Positions 11,128 to 20,226 of a DNA stretch of 64,000 nucleotides are shown here, piece by piece. Location: the IMG/VR virus record IMGVR_UViG_3300020045_010129, positions 2,688-66,687 of that record; one strand, written 5' to 3'. A program made the position numbers and the translations under genes. The DNA comes from a virus. Lineage: Duplodnaviria > Caudoviricetes. Within the stretch, counting starts at the first letter, position 1, and every line of letters begins with the position of its first letter. The notes beneath the pieces were generated by a model. It saw only the letters and a list, made by a program, of their open reading frames with translations. It searched no databases and was not told the DNA's origin.

Positions 11128-11958
11128 TTATTTTATTTGTAAGGGAGGCATTTCATTCATAATTGGCTCTGCATCGAAGAAAATAACATCTTCTTTATTC
11201 CCTATTTTACTAAATATTGGATATTCAATTTCTTTAATAATTGACCTTTCAATAATCAAATCAGGATTTTTGTGGGCTTTGTGCATTGGTGGCAAACTTT
11301 CTAATTCTTCTTTAGAAAATGGTTTTGACGTTTTTATACGTTTTACATAAGTTCCACGTTTTAGTTTTGCTTCTAAATCATTCCAATTCACACCTTTTTC
11401 AACCATCATTTTATCTTGTAATTGATTTCCGTTTAGGTTTTGTAAATCTTTATGAGAAAACAAACTTTGTGCTAACATTGAGACGCTGTTTTTTGTAGCA
11501 TCATTTTCACGCCACAATAATTGAACACAAGCATCGTGCAATGTCGGAGTTTGGTAAATTCTACAATCGAATACAGCTATTTTATTGTGATTTGGTAGTA
11601 ACTCTTTTCTTTTTTCGTTAAAGAAATTCACGCATTTAGCAGATAATTTAGAAAGTATTTTTTGCTTCTTTCCATCATTATAAATAGAACTTTTACGGTC
11701 ATAAGAGTATAAAATCAAGGTAATCTCATCACTTTGGGTGTAACCTACAACAGCGTTTGTTTCTTGAACTAAAAACTTTGTAGTTTCTACCATCAATTCA
11801 TTCAGTTTTTTATCAAACGGGCGTTCTAATCCTTTTGTCCAATTGTGAAAATTGTTTCCGTCTAGTCTGATTATGACAGGTAATGTTGGTATCATTATTT
11901 CGTTGGAGAAGTTTTTCTCTAGCCACTTGCACCAATCTCCTAATTTTTCAAATTCCAT
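11128..11958 (-). CDS. tRNA-His guanylyltransferase Thg1-like protein (TLP; 3'-5' nucleotide addition)
   Basis: IIRLDGNNFH, VGYTQSDEITL, KILSKLSA, AVFDCRIY, WRENDATKNS and KRGTY match the Thg1/TLP pattern. Confidence 0.9.
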   Translation of the reverse strand: MEFEKLGDWCKWLEKNFSNEIMIPTLPVIIRLDGNNFHNWTKGLERPFDKKLNELMVETTKFLVQETNAVVGYTQSDEITLILYSYDRKSSIYNDGKKQKILSKLSAKCVNFFNEKRKELLPNHNKIAVFDCRIYQTPTLHDACVQLLWRENDATKNSVSMLAQSLFSHKDLQNLNGNQLQDKMMVEKGVNWNDLEAKLKRGTYVKRIKTSKPFSKEELESLPPMHKAHKNPDLIIERSIIKEIEYPIFSKIGNKEDVIFFDAEPIMNEMPPLQIK

Positions 11959-11986
11959 TTTATAAATTTTAATTTGTTTTACTCTG

Positions 11987-12017
11987 TAAATATATAACCT
12001 TTATTTCATTCCTGCAA
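11987..12017 (-). promoter_or_regulatory. Host-type promoter (variant -7 box)
   Basis: TTG-N20-TATATTTA upstream of the TLP gene. Confidence 0.6.
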
Positions 12018-12028
12018 GAAAAAAGTAA

Positions 12029-13743
12029 TTAATCTTCATAATTTCTACTTGCACAATCCTCACAACAGTTATAATCTATTTGAGAGAACTGATTATACGT
12101 AGCCGAACAGCTTTCACAAAAAGTCTCGTCACATATTTCACAAAGATGGATTTCTCCGTTTGTGTTTCCACAGATATGACAAGATTCTTTTTTATGCCAC
12201 ACTCCTACACCTATTACAATAAAGCTTTTCATATTTTTAATTTTAGTTTATTTTTCCGCGCAAAAAAGAATAATATAAAGCGACAAGCGCAAACAGTTAT
12301 TTTAAACAACAGAAGAAAAAACCTCACTAGCTACACTAACTTCATCTTCCACTAAAGCTCGAAATCTCCACGTAGCAAAACACGGCTCGATTTTTCTATC
12401 AATCAGTTTAAAGTATATAGCAGGATTAACAACTTCTTCCACCCTAATTCCCACTAAAAAATCGTAATCTTCTATGGAACGGATAGTGTATTTATTTCCC
12501 TTTTTGACGAAATTAGGAACGTCTTTTATAATCTCTTCTGCCGTTTCTGGTCTCAGTGCGTCATCTACACATACAACCGTTTGATTTATTGCAAACATAA
12601 TTAATCGTTTTCTCCGCCACCAAATACAGAAGGCAGTCCTTTAATACACAAACATAAAAATATTTCGCACAATAACAATACTCTAAATTCTCCCCAAGTA
12701 AAATTAAAGTCTAGATGTCCAAAATTCCAACGTATAAAAGATGCTATTAAATAACAAAACAATATAATTCCTATGATGCTTGCATTAATTATTGTAAACG
12801 TTTTAAAAAGTTTTTTCATTTCTTAATTTTAAAGAAGTTATTAAAATTCCTCTCTTTATTTTCTTTCGGTGACCCTAACATATACCACGTAATTGCACCT
12901 AAAGTATTAAAAATCGGCATAAAGATAAATATAACAGAGCCTAAACTAGTGTCCGAACTACTCCATATTCCACCTTTAGAGCAAGCAATCTTATAATATC
13001 GCCACAAAAAATAAACACTTAATAAATAAACTGATATTCCTATAATGTATTCCATAATTATTCTTCTAAATTAATTAAACATAAATCACTCATATCCTCT
13101 AACTGACCATCGTAGAAAATTCTTGTAATATCATCTCCTGATTTTGTTTCTACTTTAGAGATTTGAAAATCTGATGGATGACTTCTTTCACCACACATAT
13201 CTGAATCATACATTACTCCTTTTTCTGCGGGGATATACTCTCCTGTTATTGTAAGTTGTACTCCTAGATAGTTAATTACTGTTTCTTTTTTCATTACCAC
13301 TCTGTATCTAAAGTTAAACCTTCAAAAATATATTGGAAATCTTCTTTTAAAACGTCCATAAAATCATCCATTATACCCTCATTATACTGTCCTGAAACAG
13401 ATACTTTCCATCTACAATTTGCTATTCTTGCGTAACTCATTTTAGTCGCTGTAAACTTTTCTTTCATGTCTTTTTTCTTTTCGCGGAAAAATTTATCAAG
13501 CTCATCAACTAGCATTTCATTTACAGCTATACTAACCTCACTTAAAGTTTTTGCCAAAGAAGATAAAGACCGCTGTTTTACAAATTCAATTCTATCATTA
13601 TTATCATCAAATACAATTAATTGAGGAAACGTTACAGATTCAGTAAATCCATCATTACCATAAGTTAAATTACAATACTGATTTGTTTTTTCTAAGTAGG
13701 TATTAAATTCTCTTACAAACTCTATTATTTTATTTTCTTCCAT
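12029..13743 (-). other. Array of small hypothetical CDSs, including a Cys-rich zinc-finger-like ORF (12029..12232) and membrane peptides
   Basis: Co-oriented packed ORFs; repeated CxxC in 12029..12232; hydrophobic ORFs 12601..13055. Confidence 0.65.
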
Positions 13744-14037
13744 AATTATCTAAATATTTCTACGTCTATAATATCCACAGCCTCTTTATCTATTAACTCT
13801 AAAAGTTTTTCATAAGAAATGTAAAACACATTGTCGTCTTTTTCCAATGTGTCATAAACTATTTTAATTGTTGGTCTCATAGTGCTTTTTATTTTATTAT
13901 TTCGCGCCTAAAAAATTAATAAATAAACAAATCGTAACAACTGCTATTATAGAACAGCAGATTAATATTAAGTTAGCATATCTATAACTATCTTCTATTT
14001 CTTGATATTCTTTTCTTTTCATTCTTTTTCTGCCGAA

Positions 14038-14799
14038 TTATCTTAAAGTTCTCTCGTAATCTTCATACCTAACTTTTACTATCTTAGACCTATTAGCATT
14101 CCTCAATACAAGTCCCTCTGGTTTTTTCAAAGCCGTTTCTGCTAAAGCTACATTTGTAGTAGGAATCGATTCATTAAGATTTTTTAATATTTCTTTATGC
14201 GAAAAATCACTTAAACTAAAGTCAACTAATGGTACATACTCAAATTTAGGAAATAGTGTTGTCATCTCAGAACGAGTTAAGAAATTTTGTCCATAAACTA
14301 TTCCATCTTTTGTTTCTGTTTCGCGCCATTTTGATATTTCAGCTAAATCTTTTTCAAGAATACTTAAATCATTATAGACAACAATATCAAAAACTCTAAA
14401 ACCATTTGTTTCTTTACCATATTGCTTAGAATTTGCAGAAGTCTTCCCTCCATAAAATTCGCCATAAATAACCGTTAAAACATCTGTTGTTGGAATATTT
14501 ACATTCAACGTATAAATACCGTTTACGATTTCTTGAGCATTATCAAAATACAAATCGTCGGAATGATGTAATATAAATTCTCGCGCGCCAATTAAAAATT
14601 CAGAACCGTAGCAAATAATTCTTGCATTTGTACCATCTATTTTCTCTGTTGCATACATTTCTTCGTCTAAGATAGGTGTCGTAAGCTCATCTAACAAACG
14701 TCCTTTTTCACCTAATTTATGTAAAGTTAGGATTGAAGGGTATTTTGTAAGAGTATTTATTTTCTCTTTTCCGTATTTTTTAATTAATTCTTTTATCAT
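14038..14799 (-). CDS. ATP-dependent RNA ligase (Rnl2-like nucleotidyltransferase)
   Basis: Motif I EKIDGTN, YGEFYG, FRVFDI, motif IV PEGLVLR, motif V KVRYEDY. Confidence 0.8.
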   Translation of the reverse strand: MIKELIKKYGKEKINTLTKYPSILTLHKLGEKGRLLDELTTPILDEEMYATEKIDGTNARIICYGSEFLIGAREFILHHSDDLYFDNAQEIVNGIYTLNVNIPTTDVLTVIYGEFYGGKTSANSKQYGKETNGFRVFDIVVYNDLSILEKDLAEISKWRETETKDGIVYGQNFLTRSEMTTLFPKFEYVPLVDFSLSDFSHKEILKNLNESIPTTNVALAETALKKPEGLVLRNANRSKIVKVRYEDYERTLR

Positions 14800-16360
14800 A
14801 TTTTTCTAATTTTATTTTACAAATGTAAGTATAATTTTCGGCATAAAAAAGAAAAACAGAAGAAAATTTACTTTAAACCAACATTTAAATACAACCACGT
14901 TAACTCATAAGGAGTAAAGTCTTCAATATTCTGAATTATAGTTCCCTCTGTTCTTATTATTTTTTCGCCGAAATCAGTAAAAAGATAGTAAACATTTAAT
15001 AAATCTAAACTCTTAGTAAAATATAATGAATATCTTAAAGATATTTCAGATTTATAAATATCAATGATGGTGTTTACCCAAGATTCATTTGCTCCTAATT
15101 GTATGGATATGTCTTCTGGATTGATTAAAGGATTTTCAACATATACTTCAATTATCTTCTGTTTTAATCGTTTCTGTGACGGTTGCATTTTTACTAAACT
15201 TTAAAGCTAATATCTTTCTTTTTACTGTGTTTACAGATTCTTTATTGACTCCTCGTTGCCAATAAAATTTTTCTATTCTTACAATTCTTTGTAGGGCGGA
15301 TTGTGTGCTTTTAGGCATATTTAATCTGTTTAATAGTTGTATGAACCTCTTCGATTTTATCTAGCACTGTTTTTATGTCCTCACACTTCTCTAACTCTAA
15401 CTGCAAATATCTTTTAAGTGTTTGCTCAACTGTTAAAAAATACCATTCATCAGTAAAAGTATAATCTACTAATTTTCCTGTTTTCTTTTTAGTTTCTTTA
15501 TCTACCTCTTCTTTTTGGCGGGTTTCGGTTAGTTTTAAAGTGCATCCACTTCCGTCTGTTATAATGCTATACTTGTCGTTAATTTGTATCATAATTTATT
15601 TATTTTTAAGTTTTTATTCGGCGACTCCAAGAGTTATTTTATTTTTAAACCAATCTGCTTCAACCAAAGTGTCGCAAGTATGGATAACCTCTTCATCTTC
15701 AAATGGTATATAATCTCCTCCTCCATTACCGTATGATGGGTCGCACCATCTTTCACCAATAGATTTTAAGATTAAATCATAAACCACTCTATCTTTTCGA
15801 AACCATTGTTTTTTAATTCTTGGTTTTATTATGTATTCTGTTGAATCCGTGTAGGTGTTTTTCATAATCCATAAGTAATTTAATTGTAAAATATAATCTG
15901 CTTTCTCGTCACATTCTTCTACGGTTTTACCAAACACTTGACAAAAGATATTTCCTTCTTCATTTATAATGTAATGTCCAAACCAATCTTCTCGTATTTC
16001 ATCATAACCTAAATCTGCTCTTAGTTTCATAAATATTCTTCAATTAATTCATCTAAACCTATTTCATCCATTTGATTAATCCAATCAATAAGTCGTGCTC
16101 TTTTTTCTTCTAGTTCCATAAATTTTCTGTTTTAATTGTTTAAGCACTCGTGTCTCGTATGCGCCGAAAAAATAAAGAAACAGAGGTCGGAGATAATTAC
16201 TGCAATGGAAGATACTACCTTTTATCCACTACATCCGTTAATACTGTTCGGAATCTGCGCTATTAAGCCTAGTAACAGCTCTGTTTCTAAATTTCACTCA
16301 TCTTTCAGCCTCTCAGTTTTTGTTCTGTTGGAGTTAAGGCAATTAAACAACACTGTGTTT

Positions 16361-16506
16361 GTGGAAAATGGAGGAATCGAACCTCCCTATGATAAGTCAC
16401 TTACTCCAACCAACTACTACTTGTTACGCACCTTTTCGCCTTTACGATTGACCGTCACGTTATCACCACTCACTGCTTTTGGAGCGACCTCAACAGCTAA
16501 TTTCCC
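16361..16506 (-). ncRNA. 146-nt tRNA-Ala-like / miniature tmRNA-like RNA
   Basis: 5' GGGAAAU pairs with 3' AUUUUCC (7 bp, G3:U70), discriminator A73 followed by C; perfect T-arm GGAGG-UUCGAUU-CCUCC; no canonical anticodon arm. Confidence 0.7.
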
Positions 16507-16646
16507 ATTTGATAGCTTACCTATCAGCACCCGTTAGATTATGCTTGCTAGACTATATGAGTTAGCCTTTTCAACCTGTAGCATTTAGGCTCATCTGCAA
16601 CTTAATATAAACCTGTGATGAGTTTTCTTTAACGTTTATACCTTGC

Positions 16647-16721
16647 TGGTGGTCTCAGAGAATTATGATATCCCGACCTGAGTGTTATGAGCACCCTGCT
16701 CTACCGCTGAGCTATGAGACC
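16647..16721 (-). tRNA. tRNA with CAU anticodon (more likely Ile2 than elongator Met), CCA encoded, aberrant T-arm
   Basis: GGTCTCA TA GCTC AGCGGTA GAGC A GGGTG CTCATAA CACTC AGGTC GGGAT ATCATAA TTCTC TGAGACC A CCA. G1:C72 argues against initiator; U3:A70 and C4:G69 favour Ile2. Confidence 0.85.
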
Positions 16722-16813
16722 TAATAAACACTTTTTACAGAAGTGAGAAACTGTTTTTGAAAAACTTAATAATTATGCCGTAGGAAGCTTTTTAAATTAA
16801 GTTATATAAAAAT

Positions 16814-16935
16814 AACCTCTCTATAGCCATAGATAATTGCAATCCCTTGTGAGGATAAGGAGCTAACACTTACTCCATTGGTTGCCCAATATAAAGAGGT
16901 TTACCGCATGTGCAGGTCACTTGTCAATTTCGGTA
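16814..16935 (-). ncRNA. Candidate multibranch structured ncRNA
   Basis: Closing stem AACCUCU/AGAGGUU encloses four hairpins, one with a GNRA loop (AUUGG-GCAA-CCAAU). Confidence 0.5.
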
Positions 16936-16941
16936 GCAGTC

Positions 16942-17157
16942 TCACTCAACTGAGGAAACATCGACTCTTACATACCCACACTTACTACGTCTTATAACTC
17001 CATCATCTACTAATGTTTCAATGTGACGTATTGCTGAATATTCAGAACAATTGTAAGTTTTAGTTATGTAGTTTGTTGCCACTGTACTTTTATCATTAAA
17101 TAGTTTTAGTATATCTTCTTTAACTATTTTATTGTATTTTTTAGTTCCGTTGTTCAT
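16942..17157 (-). CDS. Small HTH/winged-helix-like protein
   Basis: YITKTYNCSEYSAIRHIETLVDDGVI pattern. Confidence 0.35.
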   Translation of the reverse strand: MNNGTKKYNKIVKEDILKLFNDKSTVATNYITKTYNCSEYSAIRHIETLVDDGVIRRSKCGYVRVDVSSVE

Positions 17158-17779
17158 TCTTTTAATATTTTAATATATCTCGTCTTACACCTGACTAGTA
17201 AGCAGATTGTATCAACTTTATAAGATAGATAAGAGTGGATATATTTTTAATTTGTTTTTATCCGCCGTAAAAGTGCTCTTCAATAGCTTCTTCTACTTCG
17301 TCTTTATCTAAATCACAATCATCTTCGCAATATTGAAGAAAACTTTCCATGATACCATATTGATTAATAAAGTCGTGCATTAATTCTAGTAATTTTTCTG
17401 AATCTATCATATTTATCTATATTTCTTCATATCAGCAATAAACTGATTACCTTTTTCTACTCCCATTCTACCTCTGATTTCAGCACCTTTTGATATTTGC
17501 CAACTAGAAGATGAAGTGTCACCTGTTCTTGCATTGTTTGCAAATCTGTTTAATCTTTCATTTTTTGATTCTGACCTGTTTGAATTACTTCCCATAATTT
17601 TTTGTTTTATTTGTTAATTTATTTTTTGCCACGAAAAAAGAATAAGAACAGATAACCAAACTATTTGTTATTGCCAGTTTTCACAAGCCCTTGGATTTAC
17701 ATTTAATTACTTTTTCTTGCTACAAACCCATACGGTCTGTAATCCCACTACTCAAACAGTCTGTTCTTATTTTCTTCTA

Positions 17780-17809
17780 CAAAGATAATACTTTTACTTT
17801 AACTACCAA
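17780..17809 (-). promoter_or_regulatory. Host-type promoter; candidate driver of the block leading into the RNA cluster
   Basis: TTG-N19-TATCTTTG. Confidence 0.65.
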
Positions 17810-17818
17810 GCGTTTTCT

Positions 17819-18562
17819 TTATTTATTTTTGAAATATTTATTATATACCGCAAAGTACCCACTTATTTCTACACAAGTTTTAGCAATACTCTCAATAACT
17901 TTCTTTGCTTTCTCTCTGTCATAAGGTTTTGGTATCTTAACTATCTCTCCTGATAGTCTTAAAACATTTTTGTCACCTTTAATTGTATTATTACCACTTC
18001 TTCCTAAACCTGTAACATACATATCTCCTATTTCAAATCCTAATTCTTCTAAACCATATCCATAAGTAGATAACTGTTGATATTCGTCAGACTCATAGAA
18101 GGCTTTTTTAGTTTTAATTGTGAGAGTTTTATAATCTGTTGTTTCTAGCTTTTTTTCCGCCGTAAAATGTTGTCTATCCGTAAAGCCTTGTAAAACTGTT
18201 TTTTCTAATCCAAACGGCTCTAAGTCTATTAGAATTTCATATTCAAATTCAGCATTTGCGGGGTGCTCGTTTTTCAAAGTATCTAATATTGCAATATCAC
18301 TGTCTGATAATAACTGGTATTCTCCATCATCATAAGGATTAAGGTAATCACCACAATTACTTCCAAATAAGGCAAACATTCCACTATCTCTAGTCCCTAC
18401 ACCTAAAATATAGTCTCTTAAGTACCCCATCTTATATTCTTTAAAAGAAGTAAACTGAGAGTAGCTTATCTTATTCCAACCATTAAAGCGTTTATATAAA
18501 GGATTTGTTTCCCCCTCTTTAAACTCATATTTTCTTGGTAAATCTAGTTTAATTGTTTTCAA
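17819..18562 (-). CDS. PD-(D/E)XK nuclease (RecB/Cas4-like exonuclease family)
   Basis: ISYSQF, GFTDR, TTDYKT and QLSTYG motifs. Confidence 0.8.
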   Translation of the reverse strand: MKTIKLDLPRKYEFKEGETNPLYKRFNGWNKISYSQFTSFKEYKMGYLRDYILGVGTRDSGMFALFGSNCGDYLNPYDDGEYQLLSDSDIAILDTLKNEHPANAEFEYEILIDLEPFGLEKTVLQGFTDRQHFTAEKKLETTDYKTLTIKTKKAFYESDEYQQLSTYGYGLEELGFEIGDMYVTGLGRSGNNTIKGDKNVLRLSGEIVKIPKPYDREKAKKVIESIAKTCVEISGYFAVYNKYFKNK

Positions 18563-19493
18563 ATTCTTGTCTTAATTGATTAATTATCTGTTCTACTTCT
18601 GCTTCATTCTTAACCTTACCGAAATCTTGATTAATATCACTTAAACCCGCTTTAATTAAGTCGAAAGCTATTTCTTTATCTTTCTTGGTCATTTTCTTCT
18701 TACTAAAGAAGCTTGATTTTAAACCCTCTTTTATTTCAAGAGTTAACTGTTTTACTGTTCCCAACTCTTTCAGCCAGTCTTTTGGTTTGTATTCTTCCAC
18801 ATCTTTAACTTGTTCTTCAACTAAAACTGTTGTTAATGAATTTAAGCCGAAAAGTTTTCGATGTATTTGAGACAGCACTTCTACTTTTTTAATCGCCGAA
18901 TTTTTTAAGCTGTCAAAACCATTTGAATTAAAGTATGTAAATTCGTCTTCGTAGGGAATTATTCCCTCTTTATCAATAGATAATATCTTTGCGATTTCGT
19001 CTAAAGAAAAAGTGTATTTACCTGCACCTTTATACCACTGCTTAATATCTAAGCCTGTAAGATTCCAAGGCTTAAAATTATGCCCCTGATAAATTAAATT
19101 ACTATGTGGTGCAGTTAGATGACCGTTAGAATTTAGCCTCACACCAAGATAAGGTAGTACAATTTCTGCGTCAAAATGAACTAAAACATAGTCTTGAAAA
19201 CTTGTCTTAACTAGATTAACAAAATTCTGTAATAAGTCTTTCTCTGTTCCAACTATGTATTGTACTCTCAGAGTGTCTTGATACTCAAATGCTAAGATTA
19301 TACTTGTAATTTCGCTGAAAAGCGGATTTCTCCAAGCGTTTAATCGAAACTTATCTTCTAGCTCTTCATCTTCGTATAATTCACGCTGCTCGAAATTCTT
19401 TTTGTATTTATTTTGAAATGTTTTCAACTCTTCCTCTGTTGGAGCTATTGATTGACTTGATTGGTACGCCCAATATAAATGTTTATTGTTCAT
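18549..19493 (-). CDS. Degenerate PolB-exonuclease-like (DnaQ fold) protein lacking the catalytic acidic residues
   Basis: FSEITSI, EKDLLQNF, LPYLGVR, KPW, LDIKQW and SLDEIAKILSI scaffold, with no ExoI DxE or ExoIII YxxxD. Confidence 0.55.
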   Translation of the reverse strand: MNNKHLYWAYQSSQSIAPTEEELKTFQNKYKKNFEQRELYEDEELEDKFRLNAWRNPLFSEITSIILAFEYQDTLRVQYIVGTEKDLLQNFVNLVKTSFQDYVLVHFDAEIVLPYLGVRLNSNGHLTAPHSNLIYQGHNFKPWNLTGLDIKQWYKGAGKYTFSLDEIAKILSIDKEGIIPYEDEFTYFNSNGFDSLKNSAIKKVEVLSQIHRKLFGLNSLTTVLVEEQVKDVEEYKPKDWLKELGTVKQLTLEIKEGLKSSFFSKKKMTKKDKEIAFDLIKAGLSDINQDFGKVKNEAEVEQIINQLRQEFENN

Positions 19494-20226
19494 TTAGTAC
19501 TTGTTTTAATTTAGTTTTTGTATCCTTTGAAAAAGTTTGATTTAGCATCCACTGCCCGAAACCCTTATTATCTTTAACTGATTTGTCTTTATCTTTACCA
19601 AAATTATATCTTACAATCCCTTCTTGGTCTTTATATAACTTTCCTTCAAAATCTACCCTAATCTTCTCACCTTGAAGTAGTAAATCTATTTGCTCAGGGG
19701 AAACTTCTTCTTCAAAGTTATCTTCCAATATTTTTTCTAAGATTTTATCGCTCGCTCGACAATCCGCAAGGGCATCGTGGGCATTTTCCAACTTTTCTCC
19801 AAAGAACCTTTCATAGATAGCTTCTTGAGTGTTAGGATAGAAATGACGATACAGTTTCATTACATCTACAAAATTACAGTTCCAATCTAGGAAAGATAAG
19901 CCACACCTTTCCATTTCTGAAAGCATAATGTTACAGTCAAAACTATCTGTGTTGAATCCTGAAATATCTGAGTCTTTGAACCATTCTCTCATAGCCGTAG
20001 CCATTTGTTTAAATGTAGGAGCTTTTGCAACCATTTCATTTGTAATACCATGCACCAAAGTTGCGTCCTCTGGAATCTGTCTTTCTGGGTTAATTAAGTA
20101 ATTCTTTTCCTCTATTTTACCGTTTGGGTGTCTTTTTATCGCTGCGATTTGGACTACCCTGTCTTCCGATGTATTTACACCTGTAGTTTCAGTATCCATT
20201 GTAATTATTGGTCGTGTTATTTTCAT
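19483..20226 (-). CDS. DnaQ/DEDDh 3'-5' exonuclease (Pol III epsilon-like)
   Basis: MDTETTG, VHGIT, GFNTDSFD, AHDALADCRA. Confidence 0.9.
   Translation of the reverse strand: MKITRPIITMDTETTGVNTSEDRVVQIAAIKRHPNGKIEEKNYLINPERQIPEDATLVHGITNEMVAKAPTFKQMATAMREWFKDSDISGFNTDSFDCNIMLSEMERCGLSFLDWNCNFVDVMKLYRHFYPNTQEAIYERFFGEKLENAHDALADCRASDKILEKILEDNFEEEVSPEQIDLLLQGEKIRVDFEGKLYKDQEGIVRYNFGKDKDKSVKDNKGFGQWMLNQTFSKDTKTKLKQVLNEQ

Noticed and set aside
16270-16320. Hammerhead ribozyme (CUGAGAG...GAUGAGUGAAA on the minus strand)
   Set aside because: The core does not match CUGANGA and the flanking stems are missing.
16507-16646. Theta/HDV-like ribozyme in the tRNA 3' trailer (AUGAG/CUCAU, CCU/AGG and GGCUAA are present)
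   Set aside because: The L3 loop lacks the UCC needed for P1.1 and no P1 helix starts at the tRNA 3' end. The spacer is structured but does not fit the HDV topology.
16361-16760. Full-length (~350-nt) or two-piece tmRNA
   Set aside because: The matching acceptor 5' strand lies only 146 nt upstream, a tRNA occupies the expected position, and the order is not permuted.
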